Virus record (IMG/VR): IMGVR_UViG_3300006329_000001
Location: 32,001-96,000 of that record
DNA from: a virus
DNA length: 64,000 nt
Strand: one strand, 5' to 3'
Part shown: positions 1-7,484 of the stretch, one piece after another
How positions within the stretch are numbered: the stretch's first letter is position 1
How the letters are laid out: each line of letters begins with the position of its first letter
Notes under the pieces: generated by a model
Told to the model about the DNA's origin: nothing
What the model saw: the letters and a program-made list of their open reading frames with translations, nothing else
Databases searched by the model: none
Made by a program: the position numbers and the translations under genes

Positions 1-370
1 TAGTAGGTGCTCCTTTAGTAAGATAGAATATACCACTGAGATATGACATAGGATGACGATGAAAGTCATGTCTGTCTCCTGTGTTAGCATCAGATCTATT
101 AGCCCAAGACTTATTAACTACTAATCTATCAGTGTGCCACCTCTCCTTCTTATGAAGAGAGTCAATACACTCTTGAAACCACTTATGAATGGGGAGAAAC
201 TCCTTTCTATTCTGTATAGCACCACTTGTTCCGACACCAGCAGGTTCATTCTGTCTGGTGAATTGTAATTTCTTTACTTCCTCTAGTGTAATGGTAGTTA
301 GTTCTTCTGAAGCACGAAACTTGAAGAACCTCACAGGGAATGCAGGACATTCCTCATAATAAATTGTCAT
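1..370 (-). CDS. Putative 2OG-Fe(II) oxygenase (TIGR02466-like), 3' end truncated by window edge; not in the ORF track
   Basis: Manual translation from ATG at 370: MTIYYEECPAFPVRFFKF...KSWANRSDANTGDRHDFHRHPMSYLSGIFYLTKG. The SWxN...HxH-P-xSxLSGxFY pattern is typical of this cyanophage family. The frame is open to position 1. Confidence 0.75.
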   Translation of the reverse strand, partial: MTIYYEECPAFPVRFFKFRASEELTTITLEEVKKLQFTRQNEPAGVGTSGAIQNRKEFLPIHKWFQECIDSLHKKERWHTDRLVVNKSWANRSDANTGDRHDFHRHPMSYLSGIFYLTKGAPT

Positions 371-925
371 TTATTCCAACTGCTTATTACGTTTAGTGTC
401 TTCCTTAGATCTGATCTGATATGCAAGGTATCTGAATGATACAGTTGCCATAGCATACTCTGTACCATCTACTGTAGCATTAAATTCCAATGCATTCAAC
501 CCTATAGGTATAAGGTCTTCAAATACTACATCAAAGTTATGTTGGAAGTTACTATTCAACACCATTAAAGTAGCATCAGCATATAGATCGTTGTTACCAA
601 ACAACTGCTGCATCTTTAGCACAAAATCTTTTCTCTCAGTAGTACTATCAGGAGTACCTAGTGCACGGATCCAGTTGTGTAGTATCAAATAGTTTTCTAG
701 GTTTTCATCTACAAGAAATGACAAAGTTAATGGGTCATATTCAATGAAACCTTCCAATGGTAGTGATCTAAATGGTGTGGACTGCTGCTGAATACTAAGA
801 TTCATGCTAGGTATGTTAGCAGTCTGACAAAAGTAAGACACCTTTGGATATTTTGCGAGAGCAAACTTGAACCCTATCGGAGATAGGAAGTTTCTATTCT
901 CTATTTGCTTGTTCCAGGTTGTCAT
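371..925 (-). CDS. gp3: Tail completion / sheath stabilizer protein gp3
   Basis: NRNFLSPIGFKF, CQTANIP and LSFLVDENLENYxxLHNW motifs; position downstream of gp23. Confidence 0.85.
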   Translation of the reverse strand: MTTWNKQIENRNFLSPIGFKFALAKYPKVSYFCQTANIPSMNLSIQQQSTPFRSLPLEGFIEYDPLTLSFLVDENLENYLILHNWIRALGTPDSTTERKDFVLKMQQLFGNNDLYADATLMVLNSNFQHNFDVVFEDLIPIGLNALEFNATVDGTEYAMATVSFRYLAYQIRSKEDTKRNKQLE

Positions 926-1079
926 ATCTATACGTTAGTCGTTCCCAGATTCCTCTGGCATGATTGTTATGCTCAACTAATTTCTGAGCCCAAATCCTAT
1001 CTTCCAGACTGACTTCCCTGTTAAGTTTAGTTTTACAGGCAATGATTGTCAGTCTAAGTCTATAGTCCTTACTTAACAT
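894..1079 (-). CDS. Small cyanophage hypothetical protein
   Basis: 61-aa ORF packed directly after the upstream stop (TAAATATG), same strand as the block. Confidence 0.6.
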   Translation of the reverse strand: MLSKDYRLRLTIIACKTKLNREVSLEDRIWAQKLVEHNNHARGIWERLTYRYDNLEQANRE

Positions 1080-1081
1080 AT

Positions 1082-1408
1082 TTATATCCTTGGTATATAT
1101 CCTTTATACTTTTGCACTTGTGGTAAAATATCTTCCTCTACTCTCTCTACAATCTTATCTATTATATCAATATCAATGTGCATAAATGGTGGGATGATTC
1201 CTAACATTCTGAGTGTACCATCTAAGAATAAAGCAAGAGTAGTAAAACCTAAGATCATACTAATGATAGTTGCTTCCCTATTATGCTTACGCATCGACTC
1301 TTCATCAATTGCCCTTGCTTCTGCAACTGCAATCTCGACTGCCTGAGCAATCATCCTATCGACCTCCTCCTTTGTATAGGAGATCTTTTTGATCATTTCT
1401 TCGGTCAT
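1082..1408 (-). CDS. Hypothetical membrane protein (one predicted TM helix)
   Basis: Hydrophobic stretch ATIISMILGFTTLALFL; tight packing with neighbours. Confidence 0.65.
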   Translation of the reverse strand: MTEEMIKKISYTKEEVDRMIAQAVEIAVAEARAIDEESMRKHNREATIISMILGFTTLALFLDGTLRMLGIIPPFMHIDIDIIDKIVERVEEDILPQVQKYKGYIPRI

Positions 1409-1423
1409 AAACCCATTGTAGCA

Positions 1424-1588
1424 TTACATCCAATATTCGTCTAGTACGTCAAATGTTCTGTTTAGATAATCATTCGCACCTTTACACTCCCACTCACCCT
1501 TCTCTCCGATCTCACACTTGTAGTGCAATTCTCTTTTGAGTTGCATAAGTCTAGTGGTCATAGCAACTTTGTCCAATCTGCCGTTCAT
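1424..1588 (-). CDS. Small hypothetical protein (start moved to MNGRLDK)
   Basis: The track start at 1627 abuts the terminator U-tract. A TAAATA promoter at 1611-1616 lies about 23 nt upstream of ATG 1588. Confidence 0.6.
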   Translation of the reverse strand: MNGRLDKVAMTTRLMQLKRELHYKCEIGEKGEWECKGANDYLNRTFDVLDEYWM

Positions 1589-1610
1589 GGCTATACCTAT
1601 TCTACTTAAG

Positions 1611-1616
1611 TATTTA
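1611..1616 (-). promoter_or_regulatory. T4-type late promoter variant (CTAAATA)
   Basis: tattta on the + strand, just downstream of the gp23 terminator. Confidence 0.5.
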
Positions 1617-1628
1617 GGTAAATCCATA

Positions 1629-1654
1629 AAAAAAGAGACCCCGAAGGGTCTCTC
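1629..1654 (-). terminator. Intrinsic terminator after gp23
   Basis: Minus strand AGAGACCC-TTCG-GGGTCTCT followed by a T-run. The C(UUCG)G tetraloop is typical of T4-like phages. Confidence 0.9.
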
Positions 1655-1676
1655 TGTCTGTATATCGTAACGATAT

Positions 1677-3044
1677 TTACATTAGGTTTGTTACCTTAAC
1701 ACGTCTGTAATAACGGTTAGCGTTAGCAGTAAGAGCACCTTGACCTTGTGTAAGACCCTCAGCGAATGGGTTTGCAACCATTCCGTAACGAGTCTTAAAG
1801 CCAATTTTAGGTTGGAATGTATCCTGACCTACGGCTCTGACCATCTGTAGAGGCACATAAGGACAATAGAATAGTCCTGCGTCATATGCAGATGATCCCT
1901 TGTATCCAGAAACATAGAAGTGATTGTCACTTACGTTTGCTGAGTAAGGGTCAACGTATACCTTGATACGTCCGTTAAGGGTACCAACTAGAGTAGAAGA
2001 GTTGTCATCTACGTTTCCTAGAGGGTTAACTGCACTAGCTAATCCAGAAGAATAGTCAAGCACACCAGCCATAGAGAGAGCAGATGCCACATCAGCAGAG
2101 CAGATGAGGATGTTGCCCTTCCCACGACGAGTTTCATGCCCGATAGCATTCATGTCTCTTTCGATCTGGAAAAGAAGTCCCTTAAATTTTTCAACTGACC
2201 ATCTACCGTTTGAGTCAACATCTAAGTCGAATACTCCAGCAGTAGCTGTGTTGTTTTGTGCACCTGGGCGAGCGATCTTGTAAACAGTTCTAACAACTTC
2301 TCTGTTGATCTCAGCGAGAACTTCAGTAGAAAGAATGTTTGCAAGCTCAGACTCAGCGTCTAAACCGTGCACTGCTTTCAAGTCTTGAGCAAGCTCTAAA
2401 CTGTACTCTGCCTTTAGGGCTCTTGACTTAGCAGTAACAGTAACCTTCTCAATCGAGAATCCCATCTCGTTGAAGTGGTTAGTACTACCATCACCAAGTG
2501 CTTCAGACTGAGCAGTAGTCATACCTTGACCACCGATTGTGTACTGTCCAGCACCATCGGCAAGTAGACCTGGGTTAGATCCAGTCTGAGTATTAGATGC
2601 TAAACCATTAGCACTGTTCTCAGATGAATGCTCGGTATCAACTTCGTTGAAGAATGTTTCAACTGCACTGTTGTTGATATCTCTGTTTGTGCCTTTTGTG
2701 GATCTCATTGCAAAGATAAGTCCAGTAGGACCTGTCATTGGTTGAACTCCGCAAATGTCGTAAGCGATTAGCTTAGGCATACTACGACGAATTAATGAAA
2801 TTAGAACTGGGTCGAAACCTGCAACAGGACCTGTAGCGGTGCTACCACCTGAGTAACCAGTACCACCAAGTGAGTTGGTAGGTGCTGCTTCAGTAACGAG
2901 ACCACGCTCTTCTTTCAAAAACTTTTCTTGGTTTTCCAAGAGGACTGATGTAACCGCTTTTCTGTAGGTATCCTTAATAGGATCGAGCTCAGAGTGCTCA
3001 AGAATAGGGTTCCACTTCTCTTGGAGTGATTCTGCGTTAAACAT
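1677..3044 (-). CDS. gp23: Major capsid protein gp23
   Basis: GVQPMTGPTGLIFAMR, KSRALKAEYSLELAQDLKAVHGLDAE and FQPKIGFKTRYG motifs; likely processing site LVTE|AAP. Confidence 0.98.
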   Translation of the reverse strand: MFNAESLQEKWNPILEHSELDPIKDTYRKAVTSVLLENQEKFLKEERGLVTEAAPTNSLGGTGYSGGSTATGPVAGFDPVLISLIRRSMPKLIAYDICGVQPMTGPTGLIFAMRSTKGTNRDINNSAVETFFNEVDTEHSSENSANGLASNTQTGSNPGLLADGAGQYTIGGQGMTTAQSEALGDGSTNHFNEMGFSIEKVTVTAKSRALKAEYSLELAQDLKAVHGLDAESELANILSTEVLAEINREVVRTVYKIARPGAQNNTATAGVFDLDVDSNGRWSVEKFKGLLFQIERDMNAIGHETRRGKGNILICSADVASALSMAGVLDYSSGLASAVNPLGNVDDNSSTLVGTLNGRIKVYVDPYSANVSDNHFYVSGYKGSSAYDAGLFYCPYVPLQMVRAVGQDTFQPKIGFKTRYGMVANPFAEGLTQGQGALTANANRYYRRVKVTNLM

Positions 3045-3082
3045 TTTGTTAACTGACTCCGTTTAAGAATAGAAATTGTGGA

Positions 3083-4123
3083 TTATTTTGCCCAACGTGC
3101 AATTGCTTGTGAATATGCATCCATAGCACTGCCAGCTTCAGGGGCGTTCTCTACTTGGACATCCTCAGAGACCGTAGTCTTCTCAGGCTTCGTAGAGAAA
3201 TAGGATTCACGTAGTGTAGAAACCTTTGCTTTAAAGGATTCTTCATTTTCAAACTCAACAGCTTCTGCGAGGGAGACTAGTTTCTCCTTCTGAGAGAGAC
3301 TTAAGCCCTCTGCAATCTCTGTCACAATCCCATTCTTAATATAGCCGCCAACTTTCTTAGAAAGTCCAACGTTTTCTTCAATTGATTCGTTGAGTTTAGA
3401 CTCCATGTTATTGAGTTGCTCTTGTAGACCATCTACAAGGTCAACTTTCTCGTCGGGAAGGTCAATGTAATTCTCGACGAAAACTTTTTTAAGACCTGTT
3501 AATACAGACTCACCCATCTCAGCTTTAATACCACTCTCGATCTGTAGAGAATTCTTCTCCATCCACTGACCGACAGCATAAGATAGATAGTCGTCAACTT
3601 TCTCAGAAAGTTCTGTTTTAACTGTCTCAATTTCTTTGTCTAGTGCCTTTGCATAGTCTTCATGCATTCGCTCTAGCTCTTCGTTTAGCTTAGAAACTAC
3701 CGCAGCTTCAAAGATAGTCTTTGCTTTCTCTTTGAATTCTTCTGATAGGTCTTCACCTTCAGTAAGTGCAGCAACGTCAGCAGATAAATCTACTTCGATG
3801 ACGCTTTCTTCAGCAGGGGTTTCAGCAATCACGTCGCCTTCGGGCTCGTGTCCTGCTTTCACATCACCTTTATCAGCGAAAGTCTGAGTAGATGCGGAAG
3901 CATCACTTGGTTTCGTTGTAGGTGCTTGTGCGTTTCCACCAGCGATAGTTTTATACTTGTTACTATCATCTGTTGGTTTGGAATTAAAAGGTGTAGGTCC
4001 ACCTAAATCTTGTACACCACCGAGACTACTACCATCTGCTCCAAGTTTACCTTGGGGTTCTGCTGGCTTTGCTCCTGCGGTTACACTTGATTCATCCAGA
4101 GTTTTAGTATTCTCTTCTGACAT
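3083..4123 (-). CDS. gp22: Prohead core scaffold protein gp22
   Basis: Acidic coiled coil with LSEEFKEKAKTIFEAAV and KVDDYLSY; lies between gp21 and gp23. Confidence 0.92.
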   Translation of the reverse strand: MSEENTKTLDESSVTAGAKPAEPQGKLGADGSSLGGVQDLGGPTPFNSKPTDDSNKYKTIAGGNAQAPTTKPSDASASTQTFADKGDVKAGHEPEGDVIAETPAEESVIEVDLSADVAALTEGEDLSEEFKEKAKTIFEAAVVSKLNEELERMHEDYAKALDKEIETVKTELSEKVDDYLSYAVGQWMEKNSLQIESGIKAEMGESVLTGLKKVFVENYIDLPDEKVDLVDGLQEQLNNMESKLNESIEENVGLSKKVGGYIKNGIVTEIAEGLSLSQKEKLVSLAEAVEFENEESFKAKVSTLRESYFSTKPEKTTVSEDVQVENAPEAGSAMDAYSQAIARWAK

Positions 4124-4161
4124 TGTAGTCTCCGTTACGACAAATTGCGATTGCTATAGAT

Positions 4162-4167
4162 TATTTA
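4162..4167 (-). promoter_or_regulatory. Late promoter variant (CTAAATA) upstream of gp22
   Basis: tattta on the + strand in the intergenic gap. Confidence 0.55.
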
Positions 4168-4180
4168 GACAAGTTTGATA

Positions 4181-4828
4181 TTACAAACCTTGTAAATACT
4201 GTGAAAATGCGGAAAGTTTTACCTCTTCCATCTGATTTAGTGCAGCATTATCGATTCTTTTCTTAATCTGCTCCACTTTTTGCTCTTGAACTGACCCATT
4301 ATTATAGATCCATTCCTTTCCTTCCATGATTCCATTGACGAAAGCATCGGGTGCGGAAGGGTCTGCCACTATATCAGCAGCAGTTGCGAGCATAAAGTCA
4401 TCCATGACAACTTTAACACCGTCTCTTTCTCTTATAGTACCAAGTCCACGTGATGAAACACCTAACTTGACACCCTCATCAATGAGGTTTTTAGCAATGT
4501 TACCCATTGGTGTATCCAATAGTCTTGCTTTACCCACATAGTTATTACCCTCTTGCTTAAGAGAAGTAATTAGATGTGACACTCTATCTAGGTTGATAGT
4601 AGGACCATCTGGATGACCTAACTCACCAAGAGCACGTCCTTTTTCGATGTACTTCTTGTTGTAGTTAACCGCCTCACGTTGAAGAGTCGAAATGGGATAC
4701 ATCCGACCATTGCGGTTTTTGATTTCGCCCTGCAAAAATACACCCTCGATAAAATGGTTTTTCTTACCATTCTTACCTTCGGTGATTGTTACCTTAGCGG
4801 TTTCAATTTCCTCCCTGATCAGTTTCAT
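4181..4828 (-). CDS. gp21: Prohead core protease gp21 (start moved to MKLIREE)
   Basis: NRNGRMY, ALGELGHP, GVSSRGLG and DIVADPSAPDAF motifs. Confidence 0.95.
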   Translation of the reverse strand: MKLIREEIETAKVTITEGKNGKKNHFIEGVFLQGEIKNRNGRMYPISTLQREAVNYNKKYIEKGRALGELGHPDGPTINLDRVSHLITSLKQEGNNYVGKARLLDTPMGNIAKNLIDEGVKLGVSSRGLGTIRERDGVKVVMDDFMLATAADIVADPSAPDAFVNGIMEGKEWIYNNGSVQEQKVEQIKKRIDNAALNQMEEVKLSAFSQYLQGL

Positions 4829-5069
4829 CTTTTGGTTCCTCGGTTTCGGTTTCAGTTTCAGCAGATGCTTCGGGTGCTGCATCCTCAGGTTGCTCGGTGT
4901 TTTCAGGACCGTCTTCCTGTGGTTTGAACATGGTTTTACCCAACTCTTTCTTCTGTGTCTCTATGGCATCTAATGCTTTATCATTCATACCTTGGACAAC
5001 ATAATCAGAAAGATCTTTCTTACCCGCAAACAATGCGTTTACGATATCTCTTGCTACATCTGTTGGCAT
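4803..5069 (-). CDS. Small acidic prohead core protein (gp67/gp68 position)
   Basis: Acidic protein between gp20 and gp21; TAAATA at 5091-5096 upstream. Confidence 0.6.
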   Translation of the reverse strand: MPTDVARDIVNALFAGKKDLSDYVVQGMNDKALDAIETQKKELGKTMFKPQEDGPENTEQPEDAAPEASAETETETEEPKDETDQGGN

Positions 5070-5093
5070 AATGTTACTTATCAATATTACTAT

Positions 5094-6704
5094 TTAGATA
5101 TCTCCTTTTTTATAATCCGCAGGACTAATACCTAAGGTTGCGGGATCTGGTTCTGGAGGTTGTAATGCCATCTCCATCTGTTCTACTTCAAGTTTTTGAA
5201 GCTCAACAGGTGAAACTAACTTACCCTCTGCTATTTCTGCATCCATCTGTGCTTGAATCTCATTGAATTCAACCTCAGTCTGACGTAACACATGCCTACG
5301 CATGTATTCTATAGAGAAATATTTACCAGTTAGCGGATCCATTTGAGCGACTAGATTCATACGCTCATTCATGATCTCCTGCTCTTTCAACTCAGCAAAG
5401 TAGTTGTCAGCAATGAAATCAAACTGGATGTGCTCCTTAACTAAGTCCCACTCATCAAGAGTTAGGACACCTTTAAGACAAATTTGTGTCTTAAGTAGGT
5501 CAAGGAATAGGTCAGAGAATCTCTTACGAAGTCTGGTTACAAACTTTTGGAATTTAACTTCATCACGTGTGATTTCTGCACTACGTCCTACATTAAAGGA
5601 GCTGTCAGATTCTAAACGTGACTCAGGTACATTCAATGCACGGTAGAGTTTCTTCTGGAAGTACTTAATATCTTCTAATTCACCTAGGTTTTGTCCACCT
5701 GGTAAAGTAGAAATTTCTGTACCTCTTCCACCCTCACGTCTTGGTAGCCAGAAGTCTTCTAGCATAGACATGAATTTCTTATCGTCTCTTATTTCACCAG
5801 TGTCAGCATTATATACTAACTTATTCCTATAACGAGACATAACCTCACGGAGATATTGCTCCGCTTTTTGCTTCGGTAGGTTACCCACATCTATATAGAA
5901 GATTCTACGCTCTGGTGCACGAGACATACGGTAAATAACCAGTGAATCTTCAATCATTCTCAACTGGTTAGTTGCCTTAATAGCTTTATGTAGATGAGAT
6001 AGCACATAGTTACGCTGCATATCTAATTGTCCTGAGTGGACAAAGCATACTGCGTCAGGTGCAATTTTTATTCCGTGGTTCTCATACCCACGTAACCCCT
6101 TAGGTGAATAAATGAAGTACTCTACACTCTTTGGTATTAAAGTATTAACTTCTGGGTCTGCGGGGGAAACCCTGTCTTTTGGTTTATCATATTCAATCAC
6201 CTTTTTAATCTTTCTAGGGTCGATATACCTGAGCTCAGTCATACCTTCCTGAGGATTATCAGGATTAATCATCTTATGATAAAAAAGTCTTCCGTCGATG
6301 TACCACCTACGGAAGATATCATATGCTTTCCTATCAAAATCTAGTAGAGTTAATACATTTTCAAACTCTTCACGAATTCTTGTCTTAACTGAGTTACTAC
6401 CAGGAAAGTTTTCTAAATTAATTTCTATTGTTTTATCGTCTAAGTCACCTGCAATGGCTTCATTAACTATATCTCCGACTGCTTGATCTACCTCTGGATG
6501 TAAAGACATCTCACGGTATCTACCAATCAAATCTACATCACTTGCTTTATTAGCAGCATCACCTAGATCTACGTACTGTCCAAAATAACCACCAGCTACA
6601 ATGGGTTGTGCTGCGTCATCTGAATCTTTCGTTACGAAAGAAGGGCCTAAACCTTTAGACCCCTTCTTCTTTCGATCAAGTGAATAACCAAATAACTGTG
6701 CCAT
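5094..6704 (-). CDS. gp20: Portal protein gp20
   Basis: RAPERRIFYIDVGNLPK and EDFWLPRREGGRGTEISTLPGGQNLGE motifs. Confidence 0.98.
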   Translation of the reverse strand: MAQLFGYSLDRKKKGSKGLGPSFVTKDSDDAAQPIVAGGYFGQYVDLGDAANKASDVDLIGRYREMSLHPEVDQAVGDIVNEAIAGDLDDKTIEINLENFPGSNSVKTRIREEFENVLTLLDFDRKAYDIFRRWYIDGRLFYHKMINPDNPQEGMTELRYIDPRKIKKVIEYDKPKDRVSPADPEVNTLIPKSVEYFIYSPKGLRGYENHGIKIAPDAVCFVHSGQLDMQRNYVLSHLHKAIKATNQLRMIEDSLVIYRMSRAPERRIFYIDVGNLPKQKAEQYLREVMSRYRNKLVYNADTGEIRDDKKFMSMLEDFWLPRREGGRGTEISTLPGGQNLGELEDIKYFQKKLYRALNVPESRLESDSSFNVGRSAEITRDEVKFQKFVTRLRKRFSDLFLDLLKTQICLKGVLTLDEWDLVKEHIQFDFIADNYFAELKEQEIMNERMNLVAQMDPLTGKYFSIEYMRRHVLRQTEVEFNEIQAQMDAEIAEGKLVSPVELQKLEVEQMEMALQPPEPDPATLGISPADYKKGDI

Positions 6705-6726
6705 TCAACTTATCTCCATTTAATTA

Positions 6727-6734
6727 TATTTATA
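6727..6734 (-). promoter_or_regulatory. T4 late promoter TATAAATA upstream of gp20
   Basis: Perfect consensus (tatttata on +) about 23 nt upstream of the start. Confidence 0.8.
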
Positions 6735-6738
6735 GACC

Positions 6739-7431
6739 CTATCTTAAAGAGGTAGAATTACCTGTGTTTCTGTCAGAGTCGTATGTCCAGTACTGAACCT
6801 GGAACTCAACTGTATACTCTTCTGGAGTATCGTTACTATCCCATGCAAGATCAATTGCGGAAATAGTTGAAGGCCATATACCCTCAAACTTATAAGTCTT
6901 AATGACTTGTCCTTGTCTTCCTAATTGTCTTACCCAAGCATTAGTCTGATATTTTCTAATCTCATTTGTGGATTGCTTGTTCTGATGAAGTGCTTGAATC
7001 TTAGTAGACCATTCTTCAAACTTATTCCTAAGTGCAAAGTTTTGGTCGTTAAGGACAGTAATTGTCCAAGGTTCAAACGTCCTGTCTCCTGCAATCTTAA
7101 GTGTCCTACCTCTATAAGGAACTTCAATAACACCCACTGTTGCTGCGGGTATATTTGCTGCCTTAATCAAGAAACTTGCGAAACTTGATGAAGATGCATT
7201 AGTTCCAAGTGTAGATGCACCACTCTTAGACTCATTGTCTTGTGCAGTAGATCCAGGATCAGCACCAGGATCAGGCTTACCATCTGATGTTACCACATCA
7301 GGCCATCCTAAGTCAACCTGAAACAGGTTAGGACGGGCTAAATCGCCAATTTTGTCCCTAAAAGTAAGTATTGGTGTGGAAACTCTAGCATTGGTTTCCT
7401 GACCAGGGAGTTTTTCTACTTCATTTGCCAT
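6739..7431 (-). CDS. gp19: Tail tube protein gp19
   Basis: LARPNLF, GRTLKIAGDRTFEPWTITVLND and EEYTVEFQVQYW motifs. Confidence 0.95.
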   Translation of the reverse strand: MANEVEKLPGQETNARVSTPILTFRDKIGDLARPNLFQVDLGWPDVVTSDGKPDPGADPGSTAQDNESKSGASTLGTNASSSSFASFLIKAANIPAATVGVIEVPYRGRTLKIAGDRTFEPWTITVLNDQNFALRNKFEEWSTKIQALHQNKQSTNEIRKYQTNAWVRQLGRQGQVIKTYKFEGIWPSTISAIDLAWDSNDTPEEYTVEFQVQYWTYDSDRNTGNSTSLR

Positions 7432-7484
7432 TTTATTTGTCTCCTATTTGAGGTTGAGCACGAAGACGTGCCACGGTTTACTCA

